From positions 558,001 to 622,000 of the forward strand of contig VJWM01000108.1 in the NCBI GenBank assembly GCA_010909165.1: a DNA stretch of 64,000 nucleotides, read 5' to 3'. Within the stretch, counting starts at the first letter, position 1. Each line of letters opens with the position of its first letter. Positions 1 through 11,559 of the stretch are shown here, piece after piece. Source of the DNA: Anthoceros angustus. Lineage: Eukaryota > Plantae > Anthocerotophyta. The notes under the pieces were generated by a model that saw nothing but the letters and a program-made list of their open reading frames with translations, searched no databases and was not told the DNA's origin. The translations under genes were made by a program, and so were the position numbers.

Positions 1-500
1 AGTTGCAAGGCCAGCTGACTCTATCTTCACCAACAGCGGGCACCTACAAGTGCAACTTGTTTGGAACTTGCACGCCACCTAGTCCCCAAGGTCCTATTCT
101 TGTGATCAAGGGTAAAGGGCAAGCTAATTTCTCTAACGTGTTCTTGAAACCGGTGCAATACGTCTACACCGTGGACAACCCTGCATTTACGGTTGGGAAA
201 GGAGAAAAGATGGCTCCCGAAAAGGCCACCAAAATTTCAATCTCCTTCAAGAGCTCGCCGACAGCATCCAAAAATGGGCGGCTCACCATTAGCTCTCCAG
301 ACGTGGATTACTCTTGGCTCTTCTATCTTCAGGCTTTAGATGAAGAACCCGTGTATTGCCATGTCCCTGCCACAGACAAGGACAAGAAAAAGGGAGACAA
401 AAAAGATGACAAGAAGAGCGATAAAAAAGACGACAAGAAGGGAGACAAGAAGGATGAAAAGAAAGGGGATAAGAAGGATAAGAAAGCTGCGAAGAAGTAG
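1..500 (+). CDS. HYDIN: 3' end (last exon) of HYDIN-like axonemal central-pair protein, with KKGD/KKDD low-complexity tail
   Basis: Translation GTYKCNLFGTCTPPSPQGP...NVF...YTVDNPAFTV...GRLTISSP...WLFYLQA matches my recall of the Hydin C-terminus. Stop TAG at 498-500; 5' part lies outside the window. Confidence 0.75.
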   Translation, partial: LQGQLTLSSPTAGTYKCNLFGTCTPPSPQGPILVIKGKGQANFSNVFLKPVQYVYTVDNPAFTVGKGEKMAPEKATKISISFKSSPTASKNGRLTISSPDVDYSWLFYLQALDEEPVYCHVPATDKDKKKGDKKDDKKSDKKDDKKGDKKDEKKGDKKDKKAAKK

Positions 501-784
501 GCCGATGCAGGTAACATTATTTTTTCACATCTTTGGTACAATCAATCAAGGGTTGTTCAAACATAGCCGTCTACTTGAACACTTGTTGCTGCTGGCTAGC
601 TGTGACACAATTTTGTTGGCAAACAATTTCATCAGTTGTTTGCAAGTATGAACATATCAAGTCTACCTAACAGTGAGGGCATATCGAGTTCAGAGATGAT
701 GCGATTAAATTAACCTCAATAATCTACAATCTTCGCAAATCCTAATCCTTCTGGATACAATTCTGCACAAGGTAGCTGTAGGTG

Positions 785-3316
785 TCAATGCCGATCCCCA
801 CATGAACAAGACCCGTCCACGAATCGATGTACTCTATGTGCATCTCTCACAATGATCTCTCGCTTCTCAAGATGCGACATGACCTTTGTGCTGCTGTGGC
901 AGTCATTGCACATGCGCAGATTCTTTGTCACTACCAAAGTTGAGCCATCTGGTGTGTTGAGCAGACCATACGCCAGGGCCAGTTTTTCCGCATGACCGCA
1001 CAAGGAATCCTCCTTCTCCTCCTCAGACACCGCCTTCAACACCAGCTCTGTTTGTGGCACATGGCCTCCGTCCCTTATCCTCCTATTCACGCTCCTCAGC
1101 AGCGTTGAAGAAATGTCAGACCTCTCTTCCCCGATAGTGAACTCGTGCACCTCCTTCTTCACTTCAATGCAGGCTTTTGCAGCTTTCTTCACAGCACCTG
1201 CTGCCTTTCTCATCCTCTCTATCCTATCCACGTCGTCCCACCTGCCTGCACCCGCGTAGATGTTCCCCAGCAGCACATACGAGCTTGCATCATCGGCTGC
1301 TAACCCTACAAGATGCTCAAAACAGCGCCTTCCACGCTCCACGTCGCCATGGCTTTTACACGCACTTAGTAGGGCTGTCCAGCCCACCACCTCATGGCCA
1401 AACGATGTACTTCTCAGCATATTTTCAGCCTCGTCCAATTTGCCTGACCGGCCCAGAAGATCAACCATGCAGCTGTAGTGAACATCGGTTGGCACAATCC
1501 CATGGTCCTCCACCATCGTTCTGAAAAACCTTTGCCCCTCATCCACCAGGCCTGCATGGCTGCATGCCACCAAAAGACTGGTGAAAGTTGCGGCGTCTGG
1601 CCGTATACCTTCTTCCAGCATCCGTTCGAAACAGCCAATTGCCATGTGACCGTCACTATGTTGAGCATACCCATTGAGCATAGCCGTCCATGTCACTGTA
1701 TCTCTTGTGGGCAGTCTGTCAAACACTTTGCGAGCATCTTCCAAACTCCCACATTTTGCATACAAGTCCACCAGGCAGTTACCAACCACCATGTTATCTT
1801 CAAGTTGTTGCGCACGGACCAGTGTGTGAAGCTCCTTCCCCTGCTGCAACGCTCCCACAGTGGCGCAGGCTTGAAGAAGGCTCACAAATATGACATGATC
1901 GCCTGGAGTGATTCCCTCACTTTGCATACTCCCATACAGAGCAAGGGCTTCTCGTCCAAGCCCCTGCTGACTATATCCAGCAAGCATGGCAGTCCAAGTC
2001 ACCACATCTTTGCTGGTCAAACTGTCGAACACTCTGCGAGCATCCTCCAAGCTACCACATTTAGCATACATGTCCACCAGGCAGTTACCAATTTGCACAT
2101 CAGATTCGAGGCCTCTTTCACGAATATGTGAATGTAGTTGCTTCCCTTCTTGCAGAGCCCCGACGCTAGCACATGCCTGAAGAAGGCACATGAACGTCAC
2201 ACGATTGGCTGGAGTAGTGCCGTCATGTTCCATACCTGCATACAGAGCCAGGGCTTCTCGCCCGAGCCCATGCTGACTGTATCCTGCAATCATGGTAGTC
2301 CATGTCACTACATCTCTTTTGGGCAAACTGTCAAATACTCTGCGAGCATCACCCAAGCTTCCGCACTTGGCGTACATGCACACCAAGCTGTTGCCAACAA
2401 AGATATCGGGCTTCACAGCACTTGCCTGAATATCAGCATGCACCTGCTTGCCAGAAACCAAGTCCCCTGCAGACGCACAAGCCTTGAGAACCGCCACAAA
2501 GATATGGTTATCTGGTTCCACAACCGCTGCATCTCTCATTTGTCGGTAGAGGCTGATAGCCTGAGCGGGCTCTCCATGCCGGGCATGGGCCAAAATCATG
2601 GATGACCACATGTGGACGTCGGGCCTACTAACGTCGGCGAAGACCTGTCGTGCATCCTCCAACTTGCCATGAGAAGCATACATCCCAATGAACTGGTTAG
2701 CCAAAAAAGCATTGGAGCCGTGACCAGCTTGCAGAGAAATGGAATAGACGCGGCCACCACAAACAAAATCCTTTTGGGCCATGCACCTGGCGAGAACACG
2801 ATGCAAGAGAGCTTTGCTGATGGGGCATTTCTGCTCCACTAGGAGATCCAATGCTTCCACAGCCTCGCTCAGCAGCTCTGCCTCCTCACAACGTTTGCTC
2901 AAAATCCGAACAAGCCCATTCTGTGCATCGCCATCATCATCACTCCCAGGCCCGGGCCCGGGGACCCTCATCTGAAGATCCCACCGAGCTAGCTGGGCAT
3001 CCACCCAAGCAGGCTTGTGAGAGCTGCTGAGCCATAGGGGCTCCTTCTTCAAGCTCTTATGCCTGAAGTCGGGATCGCGGGGACTCTTCTTATCAGCCCT
3101 GTTGTCCAACCACTCAGATGGATCCAGGAAGAAGTCCTGCCACAAGAGCTCCTTCCGCTGTTTCTGGGTGAGAACTTCAGTGGTGCCGGCCTTCCCTGTG
3201 CATGAAGCTGACCGTTGCGTCATCCCGCATTGCTCCGGCCCACCACCGGGCCGGGGGTGGCGGGGCAGGTATCCGCCATTCAGCGGCAGCTGTGACAGAT
3301 CTAGCCGCGTGGCCAT
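785..3316 (-). CDS. PLS-class PPR protein with E1/E2 and DYW:KP-like domain ending DRH, plus an N-terminal OSB PDF-like motif (aa ~57-113)
   Basis: Intact 843-aa ORF with P-L-S repeats (VTWTxMIAGY / VTFxCLLQAC / GNCLVDMYAKCG), CGHAEKLALAYGL...KNLRMCNDCH...RDAHRVHRF...CSCGDRH. Confidence 0.93.
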   Translation of the reverse strand: MATRLDLSQLPLNGGYLPRHPRPGGGPEQCGMTQRSASCTGKAGTTEVLTQKQRKELLWQDFFLDPSEWLDNRADKKSPRDPDFRHKSLKKEPLWLSSSHKPAWVDAQLARWDLQMRVPGPGPGSDDDGDAQNGLVRILSKRCEEAELLSEAVEALDLLVEQKCPISKALLHRVLARCMAQKDFVCGGRVYSISLQAGHGSNAFLANQFIGMYASHGKLEDARQVFADVSRPDVHMWSSMILAHARHGEPAQAISLYRQMRDAAVVEPDNHIFVAVLKACASAGDLVSGKQVHADIQASAVKPDIFVGNSLVCMYAKCGSLGDARRVFDSLPKRDVVTWTTMIAGYSQHGLGREALALYAGMEHDGTTPANRVTFMCLLQACASVGALQEGKQLHSHIRERGLESDVQIGNCLVDMYAKCGSLEDARRVFDSLTSKDVVTWTAMLAGYSQQGLGREALALYGSMQSEGITPGDHVIFVSLLQACATVGALQQGKELHTLVRAQQLEDNMVVGNCLVDLYAKCGSLEDARKVFDRLPTRDTVTWTAMLNGYAQHSDGHMAIGCFERMLEEGIRPDAATFTSLLVACSHAGLVDEGQRFFRTMVEDHGIVPTDVHYSCMVDLLGRSGKLDEAENMLRSTSFGHEVVGWTALLSACKSHGDVERGRRCFEHLVGLAADDASSYVLLGNIYAGAGRWDDVDRIERMRKAAGAVKKAAKACIEVKKEVHEFTIGEERSDISSTLLRSVNRRIRDGGHVPQTELVLKAVSEEEKEDSLCGHAEKLALAYGLLNTPDGSTLVVTKNLRMCNDCHSSTKVMSHLEKREIIVRDAHRVHRFVDGSCSCGDRH

Positions 3317-4013
3317 GTCATTAAACGCAGACGCGTGACGTTCCTTTCTAGTTCACATAAATTGTCCGCTGGTGCTGTTGCTGCTACCACGCCGCCTGCA
3401 TTCTGCAAAAGCGAACGCCCAAGTGCAAGGATAAATGCCGAAGACAGGGCACCTGCTCATGGTGATGGAACAAGCTTGCCATTCCTTGCCGCCAGACTTT
3501 GGCACAGACAAGGAAGGAAGGGAGCTTGTTGCGACCCACATCATCTCAAGTTCAGGACTTCAGGTCGACTGCTTGCTCTGTTGCTGCTAATGGCAGGCTC
3601 TTTGGTGAGATGGCCAAGGGCAATCTGTGTGTCATCCTTGTGGTGATTTGGCTGGTGTAATGGCAAAGGTAAGCCTTAACTTAGAGACAATGCTCTGTGA
3701 AGCACTAGCAGCATTGATTAGTCCTTCTCGTATGAGGACCCCTGATTGTGATACCTAATATGTGCGAAGCCGACCTCTTTAAGCGGAAGTGGTCCTGCCT
3801 GAGTGGCTAGACTCTGCTTTACATGTTTACGCCCTGGTGTTACGCCCTCCCTCAATTTTGAGAGGAGATATTGTTTTTCCGCAGGGTCTTCGGATTTTAG
3901 GCGTCTTGTAGGCCCCCAAACCTTAGTACAGGAATTTGTGGTTTTAGGCATCTTGTAGGCCCCCAAACCTTAATACAGGAATTTGTGGACGCGGCATTGA
4001 AAGAGGACTTGAC

Positions 4014-4140
4014 GCATCTTGGGCATCTTTCTCATTTGGGAGATTACACGTGGCAGCATCTTGGGCATCTTTCTCAATTGGGAGATTACACGTGGCAGCA
4101 TCTTGGGCATCTTTCTCGATTGGGAGATCATACGTGGCAT
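4014..4140. repeat. 42-bp tandem repeat, 3 copies
   Basis: Unit GCATCTTGGGCATCTTTCTCAATTGGGAGATTACACGTGGCA. Confidence 0.85.
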
Positions 4141-4689
4141 TCAAAATCCTTTATGCCTACTTTGCGCATCGGCCAGGGTATCTTTTGCATACAGTGGGCT
4201 CCCCTCTTGGCATCTAGTGCAGCACAAAGCATCTCTACCTCTTTCTTTTGGGGACATTGGTTTGTTGGCCACGGAGGCATGTACACGAATGGCTTCTAGA
4301 TTTGTAGGGAGTTGGGCCTTCTTTGCCCCCATCCTAGCCTTCCATTTATAATCAAGGATTCTCCCATCTCGCAGGCCTTCGTCTCGGGCGTTGAGGAGGG
4401 AGCCTTTAAGGCCCTTTGCTGGTGTTCTTCAGGATGGCTAAGGGATCTTTATTCTCCAAGGCTAAGGCTATCATGCCTCACTTTTTCTCGTTCTCTGAGG
4501 ATGCGTTGCGTGGGCTTCAAGCCTCCCTCTAGGAGAAGCAGTACGAGCAGGCGCAGTTGGCCCGATCTGGGTTCGTCTTTGCTCTTGCTTGAGGAAGGGA
4601 GCAGTTTCTTGGCTTCTGCCCCAACCTTGCATCCAGGCTTTCTGAATCGCACTGGCTTCTTCTACTACCGCGATGACGTTTCGCCTGGG

Positions 4690-4846
4690 TTTGGTCCAAC
4701 TTGTGGCATGCTCTCTCTTTTTCTAAAGCTATGGGCCCCCCTTGGTCCAACTTGTGGCATGCTCTCTCTTTTTCTAAAACTATGGGCCCCCCTTGGTCCA
4801 ACTTGTGGCATGCTCTCTCTTTATCTAAAGCTATGGGCCCCCCTTG
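4690..4846. repeat. 51-bp tandem repeat, 3 copies
   Basis: Unit TTGGTCCAACTTGTGGCATGCTCTCTCTTTTTCTAAAGCTATGGGCCCCCC. Confidence 0.85.
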
Positions 4847-4929
4847 ACGACTTTGGGACCCACATGGCTCGTTGCCCCGCTGGCAGGTAGCGCATCGCTA
4901 CGCGTGACGCCGTCTGCGACGTCATGTTC

Positions 4930-5385
4930 TCAATGGCAAAGGAGAGTGGGTTCTTGTCATATAGGGAGTGCCCATATACTCTGCTCAACGGTGTTTACCT
5001 CAAGGCTAATATGTTTTTGACTCGGGGGACCATGTTTCGATTGCAGATGTGGTTGTAATGACCCTACTCGGGACACTCTCTACGAACATGTTATCATCAA
5101 CCCTTCGGGTTGAGTGGCGGAGGGATGTGCGGCAATGAAGGTTCACAAGTACTCACCCATGTAGGGAGGCCACACATTCATCCCCCTGCCATTGAGACGT
5201 TCGGGCCCATGGGCAAGGATTTCTCCAAGTTCATCAAGGCATGTGCCAAGGCTTGCCACATCAGCAAGAATCAGGTTAGTCTTGCCCTTTCTTATGTGGT
5301 TGCCTTCATCTGGCAACGGGTGTCGATCCCTCGGCTGAGGGTGTTGACACCTCGGTGTATAGGATGGCAGCAAGCTGGATTGAGG
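4930..5385 (+). mobile_element. Decayed 3' end of a non-LTR retrotransposon with restriction-like endonuclease (CRE-like)
   Basis: Frameshifted motifs IADVVV.DPTR and PPAIETFGPMGKDFSKFIKACA...FIWQRVSI, typical of the C-terminal REL domain. Followed by tandem repeats. Confidence 0.45.
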
Positions 5386-5389
5386 CTAA

Positions 5390-5605
5390 CAATTGGCTCT
5401 CATCACTTTTGGATCAAGACCAACCGTTGGCTCTCATCACCTCTGGATCGTGACCAACCATTGGCTCTCATCACCTCTGGATCGTGACCAACCATTGGCT
5501 CTCATCACCTCTAGATCGAGACCAACCGTTCACTTAAACTCGTTGGCTGGAAGACCAACAGTTGGCTTAAGCCCGCTAGATCGAAGACCAACCGTTGGCT
5601 TAAGC
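5390..5605. repeat. ~33-bp tandem repeat, degenerating 3'
   Basis: TTGGCTCTCATCACCTCTGGATCGTGACCAACCA repeated about 4 times, plus degenerate copies. Confidence 0.75.
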
Positions 5606-6224
5606 CTTCGCCTCCTTAGGAAGAAATTATTTGCAAGCTCTGCTCTTTGGATCTAAAATGTGGAATGAATTTTTTATTCTTTTGTCTTGCTTATGCTGAC
5701 ATTCGGTTCGATACACTCTCTTTTTTGTGAGTGCTGGTTTTTTCTTGCGCAGATTTTTTCTTTTCATATCCTTAAGCTCTTTGGCATTTGTCTTTCGGAA
5801 TTTCTTGTCTTTCGGAATTTCTTGTCATCGAAAGCTGTTGTTGGACTCCTCATAACTTTTGCCTCTTTTTCCATCTCTTATAACTTTTGACTTTTTTTTC
5901 TTTTATCTAAAATCATTATTGTCTCTCTAGTTCAGACGTACGTAGTTTTTTTACCTCTTTACGCTATGCTACCTTTGTCCAATACCTTTCACCTTGCACC
6001 AATACCTTGTGATCCTAAGGTGTGAAGATACCTTCACCATTACCTTTCACCCTGTCCACATGGCTTAAACCAAATACACCCATATCTTAAGAACGTTATA
6101 GTTAAGCGGTCTATACTACAAGGGGACCCAAATGGGGTACCTAGATAGGAATGCCTTTGGTGCTAATAACTTAGTCTAATGTATGGAGCAAGTTGCCCAT
6201 AGAACCAGGGACTAAACCAAGTGC

Positions 6225-6385
6225 ATGCCCGAAGCATGCTGCCATGAGACTCGGAGCATTCCGCCATAGGACTCGAAGCATGCCGCCATAGGACTTGGAG
6301 CATACCGTCACGAGACTCGGACATGCCACCATGAGACTCGGAGCATGCCACCATAGGACTCGGGGCACGCCGCATAGCGGCATGT
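6225..6385. repeat. ~23-bp minisatellite
   Basis: GACTCGGAGCATGCCGCCATAG-like unit, about 6 copies. Confidence 0.75.
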
Positions 6386-7514
6386 TCGTCTTTAGTGGAC
6401 TTAAAATATATTTGTTTTTTTATTTGTCATCTAAGGTACCAGAATATGCAGGTTATGCAATATTCTGAGGAACACTGTTCCTCTACCTTGTCTAGAGAGA
6501 TATCAAGAATGCTTTTGCCAGCTTATTTGCAATAGTTCGATTTTCATTTCAATTTTTTTCTTTTTTATCCTATTATTATAAAAATATTCTTGAAACAAAT
6601 ATGAGAGTTCAGAACAAAGTGTATCCAATTTTTCAACCTGCAAAATATTTGAGTATACTTCACGCCACTAATCTTTAGGTCAAATTCAAAATAGCGATCG
6701 TGTTTTTTTCCGTGTGTCTCTGTCTTCTTTTGTCAGTCCCATTTCGAAAATTCCGTCCCGAGTGGACTTCAATATACTTCTTCGTCTTCTGAACTTCGTC
6801 TTCTAAACCCTGAACCCTTGCGTATCATTTCGCCATGGATTCATCTCCGACAGTGCAGCATCCGCGCATAGAGAATCATGATGCCCGGATAAGCCTCCAT
6901 CAATTCCAGCTGGTGTCACCTGCGCGTAGAGAACCATGATGCCCGGATAAGCCTGCATTAATTCCAGCTGGTGTTGCCGTGGAAGTATGTAGTGCGTGAA
7001 AAAGCAAGGTTTGTACCTGCTTACTACCCCGCGGCAGTGTAAAAGTGAGAGACAGTTGGAACGCAGAACAACGCCTATGAGATTGAGGAGGAAACCACGT
7101 AGCAGCTGGCAGTGAAGGGAACATGAAGATGATGCTATTGATTTGCAGCCGCAAACCTCATGTGGAATAGATCCTCGACATCGTGAGTTCCCACAAAACG
7201 CAATGGATATCTCTTAATGGTTTTGGGATGTGCCCAGCCCGTATGGATACAACAACAGCGGGTCCTGCAGGAGTCATTTCCTCAACCAAACACGCAACTT
7301 CCAGCAGGAATTGGAAGCGAGTACTCACTCGCCGTGTGATTACTTCCATGGAAACCTAGATAGGTCACAGCGCAGATTGAAACAGAGGCCTCATTCCGGG
7401 TCGGAATAGGAAAGCACAAAAAGGTTGCCGGGTAATTCCAGCGAACATGACACTCTACACCTCAGCTGTACCATTCGACCTGTGAAGGAACATGTAAAAG
7501 TTCCCAAATGCCCC

Positions 7515-8808
7515 TCACGACCTCTTAATAATCTCCTGGTTTCTGCATCCCACGCAGGCAGACAGTTAAGTCAGTCCCCACTTGATGGGTTCCAAGGGTA
7601 TGTCCGATCAGCTGACACATATGACACCAGGAGGTAGGAAACTTCTCGATGGAAAAAACTTAATACCTCTCTATGTAATCAAGAATTAGCAACCTTGCAC
7701 CTGGAGGAACTCTGACTTCAGCAAGTGCACTGCCCACAATCCAACCAACCACGAGTGACCAATCTCGATAATGATCAAAATGAAGGAATGCAAGGAATGT
7801 CGACCCCGCCAAAGTGAATCTTGCTGGAGACATTTCGTACCCATCATGTAGCAGCGGAAGAGTCTTATCAGAAAGGAGGCCCTTTTTGAAATTCCTCTCA
7901 TATCTCTGGAGACCAAGACTGCTAAGCATGCTCCTTGTCTGGGAATAGAACTTGTCTTCTGATGACGGCTGAGAGAATGTTTGACCAAGCTGTTTAACCC
8001 ACACGGCCAGGGGCGATCCAATTAGTGAACCATCCCAAGTTACAGTAACCGGAGCTATGTGCAGGACTAGAATGGGTACAGTGCAAGCAGCAGAACTCAT
8101 CCTCACCTTAAACAGCCCACCCTGGACAAGAGCGAAGAAAATGCCAGTCGTGACTGCATTGCTTGCCAAATTGGGACCTCCCATCCCACTCACGACTGAA
8201 AACACTGCTCCGGATCCGAACGCTGCTAGCATACTGACAGCACAGAAACATTTTGTAAAGGGAGTAGCAGCAGCAACACAAGAACGGAAAGGGCAAAACC
8301 CCACTTAAACCTCCGCCCCAAGTATCCTTGAACCCTTCTCACCTGGTCTGGGCATCTTCTGTTCCACCCTTCATGCGCTTGAGGGCACATGTGAGGCCAG
8401 CGTTTACACCCGTCATGACAGCAAAATTTCGAGCTTGCTGAAATGGCCCACCCGAAAGCGCCTGCAAGCCAGGTTCAAGCAGGGAGATTAACCTATGATT
8501 CTATCTTGACTGCTTGCAGCGACGAGGAGGCCAACCTTGGCATGCTGCAGAGAAGCAGCTGTCTGGGGGCTCACACCCGGAGGAGGGGTCGGCAGCGTGG
8601 CGGCCATGTCAGCCGTGAAGGTGCCCATGAGTGCGCCAATAGCTCCGCCCTGCAGGGCGCTGGAGGCTGTGACCAGTACAACCTCTATAGGGGCTGGTTG
8701 CTGCCGTAGCCATGTCTTGACACCCACATCAATTTCCCTCAGCTTCCCCTGCACCTGGCCGAGCAGACCGCCGGACGGCTGCTCACGCCTGCTAGTCGCG
8801 CCCTGCAT
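7515..8808 (-). CDS. HP30: Tim17/22/23 (PRAT) family protein with C-terminal SAM domain, HP30/Tric-like; 6 exons
   Basis: Exons 8808-8536, 8461-8343, 8233-8107, 7989-7841, 7729-7667, 7542-7515 with GT-AG introns. Peptides GGPFQQARNFAVMTGVNAG, AAFGSGAVFS and LGLQRYERNFKKGLLSD...VPPGARLLILD. Confidence 0.88.
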
Positions 8809-8992
8809 CCCGCCCGGGTTCTGGAAAACGCTCGATCCGCAACCGCAACCGCATCCGCGACCTCAATGGAACCCACAAACTGAATCCAATTTAATCCACA
8901 TCACGCCAACAATAACGTACAAAAGCTTTAGGTTTTGTTGGATGCGATGGAGTGCAGTGCACTGCTACTGCGAGGGAGGCTCCTCGCCAGCC

Positions 8993-11473
8993 ATGGCTGT
9001 GTTAGATCACCAAGTCGGGAGCGGCATCACCTCTGCCGGAAAGGCAGTCTGTTCAACAGGATGTTCCAGCGAGAGTCGTCGTCGCCAGGAACTCTTCTGT
9101 TTTTCTGGAGAGCACTCATTTTCATATCCATCGTGTTGTTCCCCTGGCGTCCAGGACAGGCAGCCCCAGGAGGTCCTCTGGTTGAACAAGTGCTGCAAGG
9201 CAGCAGCATGTGCAGATTCGAAGCCTGCTGCTCTGGGTATGGGTATGGACATGGGTAAGGGGATGGATGTGGGCATGGCTATCGGGATGGATCCTGACCC
9301 TGGCAGCAGGCCTGCATGTAACCATGGAGCCGTGACGGCGGAAACCGTGAGCAAGCTATGTGATGAGGGCCGTCTCGCTCAGGCTGTGGAGGCTTTGGGG
9401 GTTCTGGTGCGAACAGACTGTCGCATTTCCAGGTCTCTGCTTTATACTGTCCTGAAGAAATGTGTGGTCAAGAAAAATCTTGTTCTGGGTCGCCGCATAC
9501 ATGCTTACACGGTGAACAGAGGTTATCAGTCAGACACGTTTCTGGGCTTCCACATCCTGCGGATGTATTCTTCTCATGGCAGGTTGCAAGACGCGATGGA
9601 TGTGTTTGGAATGGTTGCCAAGCCAGATGCCTTCACGTGGTCTGCCATCATCTCTGCGCATGTTGAGCATGGACAAGAAAATCAGGCCATCCAACTCTAT
9701 CTCGAGATGCGCAGGTCAGGTGTGAAGCCAGATGACCATGTCTTTGTGGCAGTCCTTCAGGCTTGTGCAAGGGGATCGGACTTGAACACTGGGCAGCAGG
9801 TTCATGCGGATGTGCTGGCCACTGGCGTTAAGCCTGGTTTGTTTGTGTGCACAGGTTTGGTCAACATGTACGCAAAGTGTGGCAGCTTGGAGGATGCTCG
9901 GAGAGTGTTCGACGGACTTGGCGAAAAGGATGTGGTGATGTGGAATGCCCTGATAGCAGGCTATTCCCAGCAGGGCAAGGGGCAGGAGGCCCTCCGTCTT
10001 TACAGTGCTATGCGAGAAGAGGGCATCGCTGTACCCAGTTGTGTGACATTGGCATGCCTCCTCCAGGCATGTGCAAGCCTGGGCGCCTCAGCTTTGGAGG
10101 AAGGGAAGCAGCTTCACGCACAAGTCAGAGAAGGCGGACATGAAGGTGATGTCTTTGTAGCCAGCAGTTTGGTGAACATGTATGCAAAGTGTGGCAGCTT
10201 GGAAGATGCTCAGACCGTGTTCGACAGGCTCAGTGTGAAAGAGGTAGTGACGTGGACTGCTCTCATTGCGGGGTATTCCCAACAGGGAATGGGCCAAGAA
10301 GCTATTCGTCTGTACAGCGCTATGCAAAAGGAAGGCATTGCTGTACCGGATTCAGTGACATTTGTATGCCTCCTGCAGGCATGTGCAAGTGTGGGCAACC
10401 CAGCTTTGGAGCTGGGCAAGCGGCTTCATGCCCAAACTAGAGAAGTAGGATATCAAGCTGATGTGTTTGTGGGTAGCAGTTTGGTGAACATGTATGCAAA
10501 ATGTGGCAGCTTGGAAGATGCACACAGTGTGTTTGATGGACTTGGTAGCAAGAGTGTGGTAGCGTGGAATGCCATGATAGCTGGGTATTCTCAGCAGGGT
10601 ATGGTTCAGGAAGCCTTCCGTCTCTTCTGTGCGATGCAAGAAGAAGGCATGGGTTTACCCAATTCGGTGACATTTGTGTGCCTCCTCCAGGCATGTGCAA
10701 ATGTGGCAGCTTTGCAACTGGGCAGGCACCTACATGCACAGATTGTAGAGCAAGGGCTGCAAGCTGATGTGTTTGTAGCCGGCAGTTTGATAAACATGTA
10801 TGGGAAGGCTGGGAGTATGGTCGATGCCCAGCAGGTATTTGATTCGTTGCACGAAAGAGACATTGTCGTGTGGAATGCATTGATTGCAGGCTACACCTGC
10901 CAAGGAGACAGTGACTTGGTCTTTGACCTCGTCCACAAAATGGGAGAGGATGGCATACAGCCAAGCAGCGTCACTATCCTTAGTGTACTAACAGTATGCA
11001 GTCATGTGGGTCTAGTGAACGAGGGGCGAGAGTGCTTTGAGGCTATGGGCAGACAGTATGGCATCCAGCCTTCGGAGGAGCATTACGCATGCGTGGTCGA
11101 TCTGCTGGCTCGTGCAGGACATCTGGATGAGGCACTTGCTTTAGTGAAGTCGATGCCCATACTGCCTAAATCTGGAGTTTGGCACACCCTTCTGGGTGCT
11201 TGTCAGAAGTGGAGCAACGTGGAGGTGGGCCGTCATGCTTTCGACGAAGCAGTGAAGCTAGACCCGAAAGATGCGGCTGCCTATGTGCTGATGTCGAACA
11301 TCTACACAGGCGCCCAGATGTGGAAGCAGGCGCTTGAGATGCAGGCCAGGAGGGTAGGAATCAGGGCATGGAAGGAGCTGGGTCAGAGCTGGTGGACAGA
11401 CGAGGACGGACTGGTGCATACTTTTTTCGTTGGGGATGAAAAGCATCAATTCTCCGGAGTCAATCAAAGGTGA
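8993..11473 (+). CDS. PLS-class PPR protein, E+ type, truncated just after the WW-type box (GQSWW...VHTFFVGD); no PDF motif and no catalytic DYW core
   Basis: Open frame with PLS repeats and E1/E2. Likely ATG at 8993; the upstream in-frame part overlaps HP30 on the other strand. Confidence 0.88.
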   Translation: MAVLDHQVGSGITSAGKAVCSTGCSSESRRRQELFCFSGEHSFSYPSCCSPGVQDRQPQEVLWLNKCCKAAACADSKPAALGMGMDMGKGMDVGMAIGMDPDPGSRPACNHGAVTAETVSKLCDEGRLAQAVEALGVLVRTDCRISRSLLYTVLKKCVVKKNLVLGRRIHAYTVNRGYQSDTFLGFHILRMYSSHGRLQDAMDVFGMVAKPDAFTWSAIISAHVEHGQENQAIQLYLEMRRSGVKPDDHVFVAVLQACARGSDLNTGQQVHADVLATGVKPGLFVCTGLVNMYAKCGSLEDARRVFDGLGEKDVVMWNALIAGYSQQGKGQEALRLYSAMREEGIAVPSCVTLACLLQACASLGASALEEGKQLHAQVREGGHEGDVFVASSLVNMYAKCGSLEDAQTVFDRLSVKEVVTWTALIAGYSQQGMGQEAIRLYSAMQKEGIAVPDSVTFVCLLQACASVGNPALELGKRLHAQTREVGYQADVFVGSSLVNMYAKCGSLEDAHSVFDGLGSKSVVAWNAMIAGYSQQGMVQEAFRLFCAMQEEGMGLPNSVTFVCLLQACANVAALQLGRHLHAQIVEQGLQADVFVAGSLINMYGKAGSMVDAQQVFDSLHERDIVVWNALIAGYTCQGDSDLVFDLVHKMGEDGIQPSSVTILSVLTVCSHVGLVNEGRECFEAMGRQYGIQPSEEHYACVVDLLARAGHLDEALALVKSMPILPKSGVWHTLLGACQKWSNVEVGRHAFDEAVKLDPKDAAAYVLMSNIYTGAQMWKQALEMQARRVGIRAWKELGQSWWTDEDGLVHTFFVGDEKHQFSGVNQR

Positions 11474-11559
11474 AACCATCAATTTTCCGGAGTCAATCGA
11501 AGGTGAAACATGTTATGTCCAGAATGAAAAAAGACGAGCTTAATTTGACTTATCACCGG

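Noticed and set aside
4014-6385. Short repeat arrays as possible CRISPR arrays
   Set aside because: They are head-to-tail tandem repeats with no unique spacers, there are no cas genes, and the context is eukaryotic.
6835-7350. Possible small gene with a ~59-bp tandem duplication after a telo-box-like motif
   Set aside because: No sustained ORF or recognisable protein similarity.
8537-8992. N-terminal 152 aa of the 978-aa ORF
   Set aside because: It starts at TTG and is antisense to HP30 exon 1; the ATG at 8993 is more plausible.
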